A DNA stretch of 61,411 nt, filler included, from Chiloscyllium plagiosum (taxonomy: Eukaryota): NCBI RefSeq assembly GCF_004010195.1. It is 4 parts of one record of this genome, joined end to end, with 100 filler letters (N's around TTAATTAATTAA, not from the genome) between each part and the next. Parts side by side here need not be neighbours in the genome. Positions count along the whole stretch, not along the records: positions 39,770 to 57,164 come from NC_057710.1; positions 57,265 to 61,411 come from NC_057710.1; 2 more parts are not named here. One strand, written 5' to 3'. Of the stretch, positions 49,743 through 60,050 are shown in pieces (position 1 is the first letter of the stretch; each line of letters begins with the position of its first letter). The position numbers and the translations under genes are program-made. The notes beneath the pieces were generated by a model, which was not told the origin of the DNA, searched no databases, and worked only from the letters and a program-made list of their open reading frames with translations.

Positions 49743-49813
49743 CTCTTCATTGGTTTGTACAGCAATATCTTTCTGGTTTTCCACAAGGAAAATTGAACTT
49801 CGTTGTTGTCTTT
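49743..49813 (-). CDS. Candidate cytoplasmic exon of the Ig receptor ((E)RQQRSSIFLVENQKDIAVQTNEE)
   Basis: Acceptor CTTTGACTTATTATAG, donor GAG|GTAAAT; phase 1 to 0 joins the TM exon to the ITIM exon in frame. Confidence 0.5.
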
Positions 49814-50580
49814 CTATAATAAGTCAAAGATCATAAACATTTTTAGGATTTGTGTATTGCCTCCAAGCTTCTGTTTTTTTTCTCTAATGTGTTTTTTTTA
49901 ATGTGATGCTGGTTATCATAAAACCAAAGAATTATCCTGATTTTGGCTGCCACCTAAAACTTGATGTACTGTATGTAAATCTCACTAAATCAATGGACTT
50001 TTGTTGGAAATAATATTGTCATTATACATTACATAAATTATTAAACAAAACACTTGAGGTGACTTTGGCAAATGGGTTGAGAGAAACATTAATATTCATA
50101 AAACCAAACAGCATTGCAAATCTGAGATTAAAAATGGGGCTTTAATTCATGGAAACAATATACCATGCTGCTCATTCATATGCAAGCATTAATATTTCTT
50201 TTTATGTGTGCTCAAAGAAATCTGATCACTTTCAAATTGTAATGGTTGAGAATCTAACTTTAAAAACAATATACTATTTAGCCTATTCCTTGAATTTCTT
50301 GAACTACCTGCATATTCTTTAAGCCACACATCATCCTGACTTGAAACTAGATTGCCTTCCCTTCAGTGTTGCAGGGTCTCCCTCTGAATAGGACTGTTGG
50401 TGTTCCTACACCACAGACTGCAGCAATTCAAACAAAAAGCTCACCACCAGTATTTTCAGTGGTTTTAGGTATGCAAATTGCTAGTGATGTCCACAACTCA
50501 TGAACAAATAAATCCTTTTTTAAAAAAGAGTTATTCTAGTCCTAAACATTACATTTTCCATTAATTACTTTGGAATTGAA

Positions 50581-51497
50581 GTCATAGAGTCATAGAGATG
50601 TACAGCACAGAAACAGACCCTTCCGTCCAACCCGTCCATGCCATCCAGATATCCCAACCTAATCACGTCCCACCTGCCAGCACCTGGCCCATATCCCTCC
50701 AAATCCTTCCTATTCATGTACCCATCCAGATGCCTTTTAAATTTTGCAATTGTACCAGCCTCCACCACTTCCTCTGGCAGCTCATTCCATACACGTACCA
50801 CCCTCTGGTTAAAAAATTGCCCCTTAGGTCACTTTTATATCTTTCTCCTCTCACCCTAAACCTACACACTCTAGTTCGGGACTCCCCGACCCCATGGAAA
50901 AGCCTTTGTCTATTTACCCTACTCATGCTCCTCATGATTTTATAAACCATCCAAAAGGTCACCCCTCAGCCTCCAACGTTCCAGGGAAAACAGCCCCGGC
51001 CTATTCAACCTCTCCCTATAGCTCAAATCCTCCAACCCTGGCAACATCCTTGTAAATCTTTTCTGAACCCTTTCAAGTTTCACAACATCTTTCCGATAGG
51101 ATGGAGACCAGCAATATTCGAAAAATGGTGTAACCAATGTCCTGTACAGCCGCAACATGACCTTCCAACTCCTATACTCAATTCTCTGACCAATAAAGGC
51201 AAGCAAACCAAACACCTTCTTCACTATCCTATCTACCTGCAACTCTACTTTCAAGGAGGTATGAACCTGTACTCCAAGGTCTCTTTGTTCAGCAACACTC
51301 CCTAGGACTTTACAATCAAATGAATAAATCCTGCTAAGATTTACTTTCCCAAAATGCAGCACCTCGCATTTATCTAAATTAAACTCCATCTGCCACTTCT
51401 CAGCCCATTGGCCCAACTGCTCAAGATTCCGTTGTAATCTGAGGTAACCTTCTTCGCTGTCCACTACACCTCCAATTTTAGTGTCATCTGCAAACGT
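50581..51497 (-). mobile_element. CR1 LINE 3' fragment
   Basis: WAEKWQMEFNLDKCEVLHFG..RLRGDL; tail (CTCTATGA)n. Confidence 0.93.
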
Positions 51498-52352
51498 GAA
51501 TATGTAGTTTCACAAAAACAAATTTACATGTGGCTAACTGGCCTGTGGCTCCTGTTTTCTGGTTTCCTGCTTTCTTGAATAGCATTGCTGTTTTTACTGG
51601 CTTTGAGTTCATTGCATCTATTCTAGAATATACGGACTATTCTGGAATATAGGGAATGTTAGAAAATCACAATCAGTGCATCCACTGTCTCTAAGCTACC
51701 TCCAAGGGCATAAATCATTGGCTTTTATTGCCTTAAGCTTCTCCAAAACAACTTTTTTTGCTCATATTAATAATTTGAAGCTCTTAACTCTTGTTCTTTC
51801 ACTCCTGATTTGTAACATTTCTGCACAAAATATCTGTTCAATACCTCTGATATTTTTTCATTCCCCAAACTTTAATTTGCCTGCAAGGCAATTTATTTTA
51901 CCTATTTTCCACCTCCTTGCATAGTTTGAAAAACATTTACAGTCTGGTTTTATATTTCTGATAAATTTATACATTACTTCTTTTCCTTAATATTTACTTT
52001 TTACTGATTTCTATAACAATGTAAGTTCTCAGGTGTGCTTTGCAATATTACAAACTTGTTTGGTAATCTAATGTTATTCTTAACTTTGTAGTAAACCATG
52101 GGTGGATCTTTCTTGCTGAGTTTTTATTCTCCAGCGCAACAAATTTTATAGGAAGAAACATTATGCACATGACTTCAATTCTGCATTGGCAATTGCTGTG
52201 GAATTGTAACAACAACAACACGAAAAATAAGATATTACGCATACTGAGAATTTGAAATTAGCATGGAAAATGTTCAAAAAATCAGCAAGCCTTGCAGAAT
52301 CTATAAAGAGTGATGTGGAGTTAACACCACAAGGACAAAGTTTTATTCAAAG

Positions 52353-52982
52353 TTTGGGAGAAGATTTGTAGCTCGGGTACTCGTTGTTGTGGTTCTGTTC
52401 ACCGAGCTGGGAATTTGTGTTCCAGACGTTTTGTCCCCGGTCTAGGTGACATCCTCAGTGCTTAGGAGCCTCCTGTGAAGCGCTTCTGTGATCTTTCCTC
52501 CGGCATTTATAGTGGTTTGAATCTGCCACTTCCGGTTGTCAGTTCCAGCTGTCCGCTGCAGCGGTCGGTATATTGGGTCCAGGTCGATGTGCTTATTGAT
52601 TGAATCTGTGAATGAGTGCCATGCCTCTAGGAATTCCCTGGCTGTTCTCTGTTTGGCTTGTCCTATAATAGTAGTGTTGTCCCAGTCGAATTCATGTTGC
52701 TTGTCATCTGCATGTGTGGCTACTAAGGATAGCTGGTCGTGTCGTTTCGTGGCTAGTTGGTGTTCATGGATGCGGATCGTTAGCTGTCTTCCTGTTTGTC
52801 CTATGTAGTGTTTTGTGCAGTCCTTGCATGGGATTTTGTACACTACTCAAACCGCTATAAATGCCGGAGGAAACATCACAGAAGTGCTTCACAGGAGGCT
52901 CCCAAGCACTGAGGATGTCACCTAGACAGGGGACGAACGTCTGCAACACAAATTCCCAGCTCGGTGAACAGAACCACAACAA
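52353..52982 (-). mobile_element. Penelope-like element 3' fragment: GIY-YIG endonuclease with inverted terminal repeat
   Basis: YKIPCKDCTKHYIGQTGRQLTIRIHEH..FDWDN..REFLEAWH; about 52390-52520 is inverted at about 52845-52982; imperfect TSD AAAGTTTTATWYAAAG (52337-52352, 52983-52998). Confidence 0.92.
52906..52944 (+). ncRNA. Minimal hammerhead ribozyme core (family D), one-base deletion in GAAA
   Basis: Stem I GCA/TGC, CTGAGGA, stem II GTC/GAC, GAACGTC; the inverted copy (52422-52461, -) has AAAACGTC, so the consensus is GAAACGTC. Confidence 0.6.
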
Positions 52983-53740
52983 AAAGTTTTATATAAAGTG
53001 AGTCCTGAAATATTAATTATTTTTCTCTCTCCTTTGATTCTGTCAGACCTGCTGAGTATTTGCATTATGTTCCCTTCATACTCCTAAATAAAATAAACTA
53101 ATAGTGTAAGGACTAATTTGCATTTATTCAGGACCCTCCACATCCACAATTTTTTTCTTTTGGAGCATTGTGTGACTTTGGAACTCTCTGCTTCAGAAGG
53201 TGATGATGGAAGGAGATGGTCATTGAATTCTAAGGCAGAGATAAATAGATCTTGTTGAGCAAAGGGATCAAAAGTCATTTGGGATCAATGGAAATGTGAA
53301 ACTCGGAACAAAAACACATCAGCCTTGATCGTATTAAATGGTGGAACAGGCTCAAAGGGCTGAATGACCTCCACTTGCTCCTGTTCATACGTTTGTGAAA
53401 AAAAAAACTGGAATTGCTGGAGATACTCAGCAGGTCTAGCAGCATCTATGGAGAGGAAGCAGAGTCAACGTTTCAAGTCTGGTCGCTCTTCATCAGAGTT
53501 CTGACTGGACTTGAAATGTTAACTCTGCTTTCTTCCCATGGATGTTGCCAGACCTGCTGAGTTCCTCCAGCAATTTCTGTTTTTGTTTCAGATCTCCAGC
53601 ATCCGCAATTCTTTGTTTTCTTCATATGTTTGTATGTTTCTTCTTGCGGAGAAAGTGAGGTCTGCAGATGCTGGAGATCAGAGATGGAAATGTGTTGCTG
53701 GAAAAGCGCAGCAGGTCAGGCAGCATCTAGGGAACAGGAG

Positions 53741-53776
53741 AATCGACGTTTCGGGCATTAGCCCTTCTTCAGGAAT
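53741..53776 (-). ncRNA. Minimal hammerhead ribozyme core (family A) in Penelope remnant 53648-53780
   Basis: Same core sequence as 84-119 on the opposite strand. Confidence 0.65.
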
Positions 53777-53908
53777 GAGGAAATGGTTTGGTGGTGGTGG
53801 TGTTTCTTCTTGCCCCAAGTGCTGAACAGCAAACATTTTACTTGTTGTCAAGTGTAGCCAATATAGTTTTGTAGGCAAATCCCAATACTTTCTTAGGAAG
53901 TCACTTAC

Positions 53909-53940
53909 AGAATCCTTGCTGGATATTAAGTAGTAAAATC
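53909..53940 (-). CDS. Candidate 32-nt cytoplasmic exon ((G)FYYLISSKDS)
   Basis: Acceptor GTGTCCTGTTTAAG, strong donor GTAAGT, 100-nt intron after the TM exon, phase 1 to 0. Confidence 0.4.
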
Positions 53941-54040
53941 CTTAAACAGGACACAATTAGACGTATTAATTTTGGCACTCATCTGTCGATAAATTACATT
54001 GTTAGTACAATTTTAATAACATTTATTGTACATAAGTTAC

Positions 54041-54199
54041 CTTTCATCTTTTTCTTAACTATCCTTATTGTTGCCAAGATTATGGAAACAATGAATAATA
54101 CCATTGCTGAAGTAATAACAACCACCAGCCATGGAATTCTGGGAGTGCTAGTATTGTTTGGCATGTTGAGAGTCGTTTCCACTGAGGATGTGGCAGAAT
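54041..54199 (-). CDS. Ig receptor stalk and transmembrane exon
   Basis: Acceptor TTTATTTTTGCAG, donor AAG|GTAACT, phase 1-1; DSATSSVETTLNMPNNTSTPRIP-WLVVVITSAMVLFIVSIILATI-RIVKKKMK. Confidence 0.9.
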
Positions 54200-54295
54200 C
54201 TGCAAAAATAAATCTTAACTAAGCAATTGTTCGCAACATTCACTTATCTGGAAAACATGTCAATATACACTCACAATAGTGAAAAGGCAAATTAC

Positions 54296-54574
54296 CAGAT
54301 ACTGGAATTTTCACTAGGCTGCTCTTCTCTGTGCTAAAATTATTGCTGACTTTACAAAAGAAAAAGCCACGACCCTCCTTCATTGTAGGATTGAGCTCCA
54401 GTGTTTGTTGATAATGTCTTATTCTTTTGGCTTTTTCTGTTTTACTGGCCTTCCTGTGCCACATGTAATTGATAGGTAAGGAGCCACTTGTAACTTCACA
54501 TTTCAATACGACTCTGTTTTCATCAGTAATATTTTGACCTTGAAGAATTCTGACAATGGGTTTTGAAACAGCAT
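54296..54574 (-). CDS. Ig receptor C2-set domain exon
   Basis: Acceptor CTCTCTTATTTCAG, donor TG|GTAATT, 279 nt, phase 1-1; VSKP..VVLKCEVTSGSLPINYMW..FFCKVSN. Confidence 0.92.
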
Positions 54575-55069
54575 CTGAAATAAGAGAGGTATTTAACAAC
54601 ATTGAAAGAAACAAACATTTGACCAATAAATCAAAAGCAGAAATTGCTTGAAAAACTCAGCATGTCTGTGGTGAGAAAGCAGAGTTCACTTTCATCCTGA
54701 AGAAGGCTCACAGGACCCAATATTTAATTTTGCTTTCTCTGCACAGATGCTGCCAGACGTACTGAGTTTCTCCAGCAATTTCTGTTTCTGTTTCTGATTT
54801 ACAGCATCCACAGAACTTTGCTTTCTTTAAACAAAGTACAGTGCATCATAAACTTTTAGTTTGTTATTCTTTCTGAGAAAGAAACCTATGTGAATATGTT
54901 TATTCGACAAATGTGTTTCTACAATAACGTGATGACACAGATTCCATGACGCATTTGAGCTGGTCCACCACAAGTATGAAATTGTTTGCCAATGATGTTG
55001 ACTAGGAACATTGACCACGCCTCCTTCAATCAACAAATGTCTACTATCCCTGCTTAAAGATGCTTGCAA

Positions 55070-55490
55070 AACAGAAGGAAGCCATTCAGCTCATTGTGTC
55101 CACACTAGTTAATAAAGATTTGACAACACTAATCCCATTTTCCAGCTCTTGGCCCATACCCTGGAGGCTATGGCAACACAAGTGACTATCTAAATGTTGC
55201 TTAAGTGTTCTGAGAGTTTCTAACTCAACCACCTTTCAGGAATTGAGTTCCCAATTCCCGCCACTGTCTGGATGAAAACAAATCTCCACAATTCCCCTCT
55301 TTGTCTTCTACCTCTTACCTTAAATCCATGACCCTTCAGTATTAGTCCTCCTGCTAATGGAACAATGCCTTCTTATCCATGCTATCTATGCCCCTCATAA
55401 TCTTATAGACTTTTATCTGGCCCCCTCACAACCTTTGCTGCTCTGAGGAAATCACCATCACCTTATCCAACCTTCTGTCATAGCTCAAGC
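55070..55490 (-). mobile_element. Old CR1 3' fragment
   Basis: Similar to 22060-22985 and 46060-46460. Confidence 0.65.
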
Positions 55491-55497
55491 CTTCATC

Positions 55498-55521
55498 AAT
55501 AATAATAATAATAATAATAAT
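55498..55521. repeat. (AAT)8 microsatellite
   Basis: Directly visible. Confidence 0.9.
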
Positions 55522-55783
55522 GCTGGTGCAGGATTTAACTAAAATATATCACAGAGAGTCCATATAAATCCTCGACACCAAAGTTGCTTCTCCAACATAA
55601 AAGGAACCAGTATGGCTTCTTTTAAAAAGATTTTTATTATATCATATTTCAATGGAATTCTTTTTTAACTTTAACAGTTAGAAATTTTAAGATGCTGCTA
55701 TATTCTCACACTTGCAATAAAACATGGTAAAATAAATTGTAAGTTCGAAACTTTGATTTTTTTTTGATATCTTGATATCTTAC

Positions 55784-56122
55784 CTCTCGTTATAGTAAGG
55801 AAGGTCTCTTCAGATCTAACACTTCGGTTCTTACTATATGCCTCACACCTGTATATTCCAAAATCTTTTAATTTCAGGTCAGTGATTAGGAGAGAGAGAT
55901 TCACAAATGAAGAATTTTCTGGCAGTTGAACTCTATTTTGATAAGTTTCATCTTGAACATTGACTTCAGAATTGCCAATGGTTCCGTACATTAATAATGA
56001 ATTGTTCTTCAACCAACTGAAGTTGGTGTATTGGTCAGAAATGAACTTGAATGAACATGGGAGCAATGCACTTCTTCCAACTGATCCATTCACGTTATTT
56101 TGTTGTGCTTGACTAATAGAAA
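55784..56122 (-). CDS. Ig receptor V-set domain exon
   Basis: Acceptor GCCTGCTGTTTTGCAG, donor GAG|GTAAGA, 339 nt, phase 1-1; GSVGRSALLPCSF..FSW..YQNRVQL..SLLITDL..DFGIYRC. Confidence 0.93.
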
Positions 56123-56711
56123 CTGCAAAACAGCAGGCAAAGACATGATGTAACATTCTGAGCAATAAATATCTACTTTATTAGATATAGCAATCCGAAT
56201 CTTTACATTTGTAAATTACATTTTCTTTTAAAAATGCATATTATTTCACAATGATAAAAAAAACTGCTCATTTTCAGACAAATTGCATCAAATCAAGATA
56301 TTTTCTAACTTCCTATTCAATATCCTTTCAAGGACTCAAGCAAACAGTATGAACGATAATGTTGCACAGAATACAAAGACTGTTTCTTTATTTCTCTCAA
56401 AAATGGCCATTTGGTTGACTTTTATTCCAATCTAAGAGGCTTGTAAAATAATGATGCATTCAAAAGGGAGCACCGCTGACAGCGCAGCACACCCCCACAG
56501 CTGCATTGAAATGTAATCCTTGCAAATCATATAACTAGGGCCGTGATTAGACCTTTAAACTAAATAATGGTTGTGGGGGTTCAGTTGCGTGGAGAATTAT
56601 AGAAAATTAAAGGTGGAGAAGGCTCAGCAGAGACATTAAAGTTTCCAGAACAAGTAATAGGACAGAAAGTATGCAAGGGGACAGGAATCCAACTTCAGGC
56701 ATAACAGATAA

Positions 56712-56840
56712 AGGGAAAGTGAGGACTGCAGATGCTGGAGATCAGAGTTGAGAGTGTGGTGCTGGAAAAGCACAGCCAGTCCAGCAGCATCTGAGAAGCA
56801 GGAGAATCGACATTTCAGGCATAAGCCCTTCATCATTCCT
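56712..56840 (-). mobile_element. Penelope terminal-repeat remnant (family A), hammerhead core decayed
   Basis: Homologous to 22284-22410. Confidence 0.7.
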
Positions 56841-56939
56841 GGGGTAGTCAATGCAGGACTGAGAGTGTTATATATGAAGCAAGATAAATGAGTTTGTAGC
56901 GCAGATTGAAATTGGCAGGCACAATGTTGTGGATATCAC

Positions 56940-57164
56940 AGAGATGTGTCGTGGTCCACATTGGCACCAACGACATAGGTAGGAGGAGGGCTGAGGATGT
57001 TAGGCAGGCTTTCAGGGAGCTAGGTTGGAAGCTCAGAGTTAGAACAAACAGAGTTGTTGTCTCTGGTTTGTTACCCGTGCCACGTGATAGAGAGTCGAGG
57101 AATAGGGAGAGAGAACAGATAAATGCGTGGCTACAGGGATGGTGCAAGAGGGAGGGATTCCGGT
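56940..57164 (+). mobile_element. CR1 ORF1 esterase-like fragment
   Basis: VVVHIGTNDIG..VVVSGLLPVP..NAWLQGWCKREGFR. Confidence 0.85.
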
Positions 57165-57264
57165 NNNNNNNNNNNNNNNNNNNNNNNNNNNNNNNNNNNN
57201 NNNNNNNNTTAATTAATTAANNNNNNNNNNNNNNNNNNNNNNNNNNNNNNNNNNNNNNNNNNNN
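57165..57264. other. Assembly join: 100 nt with TTAATTAATTAA linker (57209-57220)
   Basis: Same structure as the other joins. Confidence 0.95.
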
Positions 57265-57416
57265 CCTGACCTCTCCGCCCCCACCCCAGTCTGACCTATC
57301 ACCCTCACCTTGACCTCTTTCCACCTATTGCATTTCTGACGTCCCTCCCCCAAGTCCCTCCTCCCTACCTTTTATCTTAGCCTACTGGACACACTTTCCT
57401 CATTCCTGAAGAAGGG

Positions 57417-57709
57417 GACCTGCTGCGCTTTTCCAGCAACACATTTTCAGTTATCCAGGCCAAACGTCCTGTTTCAAACAATATGCCTCATTGACCATTT
57501 ACAGCATATATAGTGCACCAATTCTGCTCAAACAACATGTGATTAAAAGCCTTTGTTCCCTGGATGCTGCCTGACCTGCTGCGCTTTTCCAGCAACACAT
57601 TTTCAGTTATCCAGGCCAAACGTCCTGTTTCAAACAATATGCCTCATTGACCATTTACAGCATATATAGTGCACCAATTCTGCTCAAACAACATGTGATT
57701 AAAAGCCTT
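57417..57709 (+). repeat. 137-bp direct duplication (57417-57553 and 57573-57709)
   Basis: Apparently identical copies of a Penelope end plus flanking DNA, separated by 19 nt. Confidence 0.9.
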
Positions 57710-58689
57710 AAAATAGGATGTCCATCATTAGTGTTCTGCTGTTGGAAATCATTTATGAAATAATCCAGTACGTGCTAAAAATTACATTAGAAACCAATTG
57801 ATGATCATTAGTTGGGCTTGCAGTGTAATACACTTGCATGTGCTAAAAACTACATGCATTCATACACAGGACTCAGTTTTAAACAATAAGAAAGGAATTT
57901 GTACATACTTTGCACAATTTTCATGTTCAAACAAAAGGGTAATGGATGCTATCAATCTATGCTGCATTCCCATGGCAACCAATCTGACTGAGCAGAATCC
58001 ACTTGATTGGTCTGAGAATCAAGATTGACAGCTCAGTGGTTTTGTTTCATTTCCACGTTAGTGATAGTCCAATGATGGCACCTGCCTTTTACTTCAGTTT
58101 GCTCCAATATATGGGAGCCCATGTGAATCCCCAGTTTATGACCACTATCTGAATAGAAACAAAATTTAATTACTATAACTTAATAGATTCCCCTTCTTTC
58201 TAAAAAAAAAACCAAATGTACAAACAAACATTTAAAAAATATGTTAAACGCAGAGCATCCTTTGAGAGAATTTCTTGTTCTAGGATGCTAACAACTTTGA
58301 TGTATTTGTCATGATTTCAGTGGAGCAATCTGACAGTGGAGAGCTTGAATCCACCCACTTCATTTTAGAGAATTCCTCTCTCTTCAGCATTTGTTCCAAG
58401 TTAGCTGGTTCATTCTAGAGGGTGGAATCTTATAGGAGTCCGAGCCATGAGGGCTATGGCAGAATCACGCAAGTCTGATTTTGAAGTTGGCAATATTTCA
58501 TGCCATCTTTAAAGTATTTGACAAATGGTATTGTGAGTTTCTTGGTAGGCATCAACAAAGGATCAAGATAGTTTAAGAAAGAGGGAAGAAGGGCATACCA
58601 TGAGTCGCACTAGGCATATCTAGAAGTGAGGTATCAACCTGATGAAACTGCAAATCAGGACTACTTGTGTGCCATAAGCAGCAAGTGGT

Positions 58690-59715
58690 AGACTGAACTA
58701 AGCGATCCCACAACAAACATTTAACAGAGTGTGACCATGAGGTCCCCCAGCAAAACTGGAGTCAATGGGCATCAGGAAGAACGCTGGAGTCACAGCTGGC
58801 ACAAAGCAAAATGGTTGTGGTCGCTTGAGGTCAGTCAACTTAGTTCGAGGACATCTCTGCAGGAGTTCCTCAGGGTAGTATCCAAGGCCCAACCCTCTTT
58901 AGTAGACTTGTCAAGGACCTTCCGTCCATCATAAGTTCACTGATGATTGCGCAATGTTCAGCACCATTCGCGACTCCTCAGACATTACAGCAGTTCATGT
59001 CCAAATGTAGCAAGATCCAGACTTGGATGAAAGAATGGAAAGTAATATTCAATCCATGCAAATGCTACCAAAGGATTATCTCCAGCAAGAAAGAATCTAA
59101 CCATTATCACTTGGCAGTCAAAGCTGTTTCCTACACTGAATCCTTCACTATCAACATTCTGGGGTTTACCATTGACCAGAAACTCAACTGGACTCACCAC
59201 ATACATACACTGGCTACAACAGCAGGTCAGAGATGAGGAATCTTATAGCAAGTAATTTACCTCCTGACCCCGCAAAGCCTATTCACTATCTACAAGGCTC
59301 AAATCAGAAGACTGATGGAATACACCCCACATGCTTAGATGGGCGCAGCTCCAATAACACACAAGAAGCTTGACACTATCCAGGACACAGCAGGCTTACT
59401 GAATGGTACATCCATTCTCTGCACCACTGACACTCAGTAGCAACAGTGTGTACAATCTATAAAATGCAGTATAGAAATTCACCAAATCTCCTTAAGATGC
59501 AACTTCCAAACCATGACCATTTCAATCTCAAAGAACACGGGCATCAGCTTCATGGGAACATTACCATCTGCAAGTTCCCCTCCAAAACACTCCCTATCCT
59601 GATTTGGAATCATACACCCATTCCTACAGTGTCACTAGCTCAAAATCCTCTGTTTCTTGACCTAACAAGGCAGCTCACCACCACCGGCTCAAGGGCAACT
59701 AGGGATAGGCAACTA
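58690..59715 (+). mobile_element. CR1/L2-group LINE 3' fragment; tail resembles the tRNA SINE tail
   Basis: VPQGSIQGP-like RT motif, WMKEWKVIFNPCKC, ILGFTIDQKLNWTHHI; tail CTCAAGGGCAACTAGGGATAGGCAA. Confidence 0.75.
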
Positions 59716-59725
59716 GGGATAGGGA

Positions 59726-60050
59726 AGGGCGGCATGGTGGCACAGTGGTTAGCACTGCTGCCTCACAGCGCCTGAGACCTGGGTTCAATTCCCGCCTCAG
59801 GCGACTGACTGTGTGGAGTTTGCACGTTCTCCCCGTGTCTGCATGGGTTTCCTCTGGGTGCTCCGGTTTCCTCCCACAGTCCAAAGATGTGCAGGGTCAG
59901 GTGAATTGGCCATACTAAAATGCCCGTAGTGTTAGGTAAGGGGTAAATGTAGGGGTATGGGTGGGTTTCGCTTCAGCGGGTCGGTGTGGACTTGTTGGGC
60001 CGAAGGGCCTGTTTCCACACTGTAATGTAATCTAATCAAATCTAATCTAA
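59726..60050 (+). mobile_element. HE1-type SINE, young copy
   Basis: Near-identical to 16734-17052; (CTAAT)n tail. Confidence 0.95.

Noticed and set aside
52048..52242. Extra cytoplasmic exon candidate
   Set aside because: ARKIHPWFTT resembles decayed CR1 ORF2; no supporting splice sites
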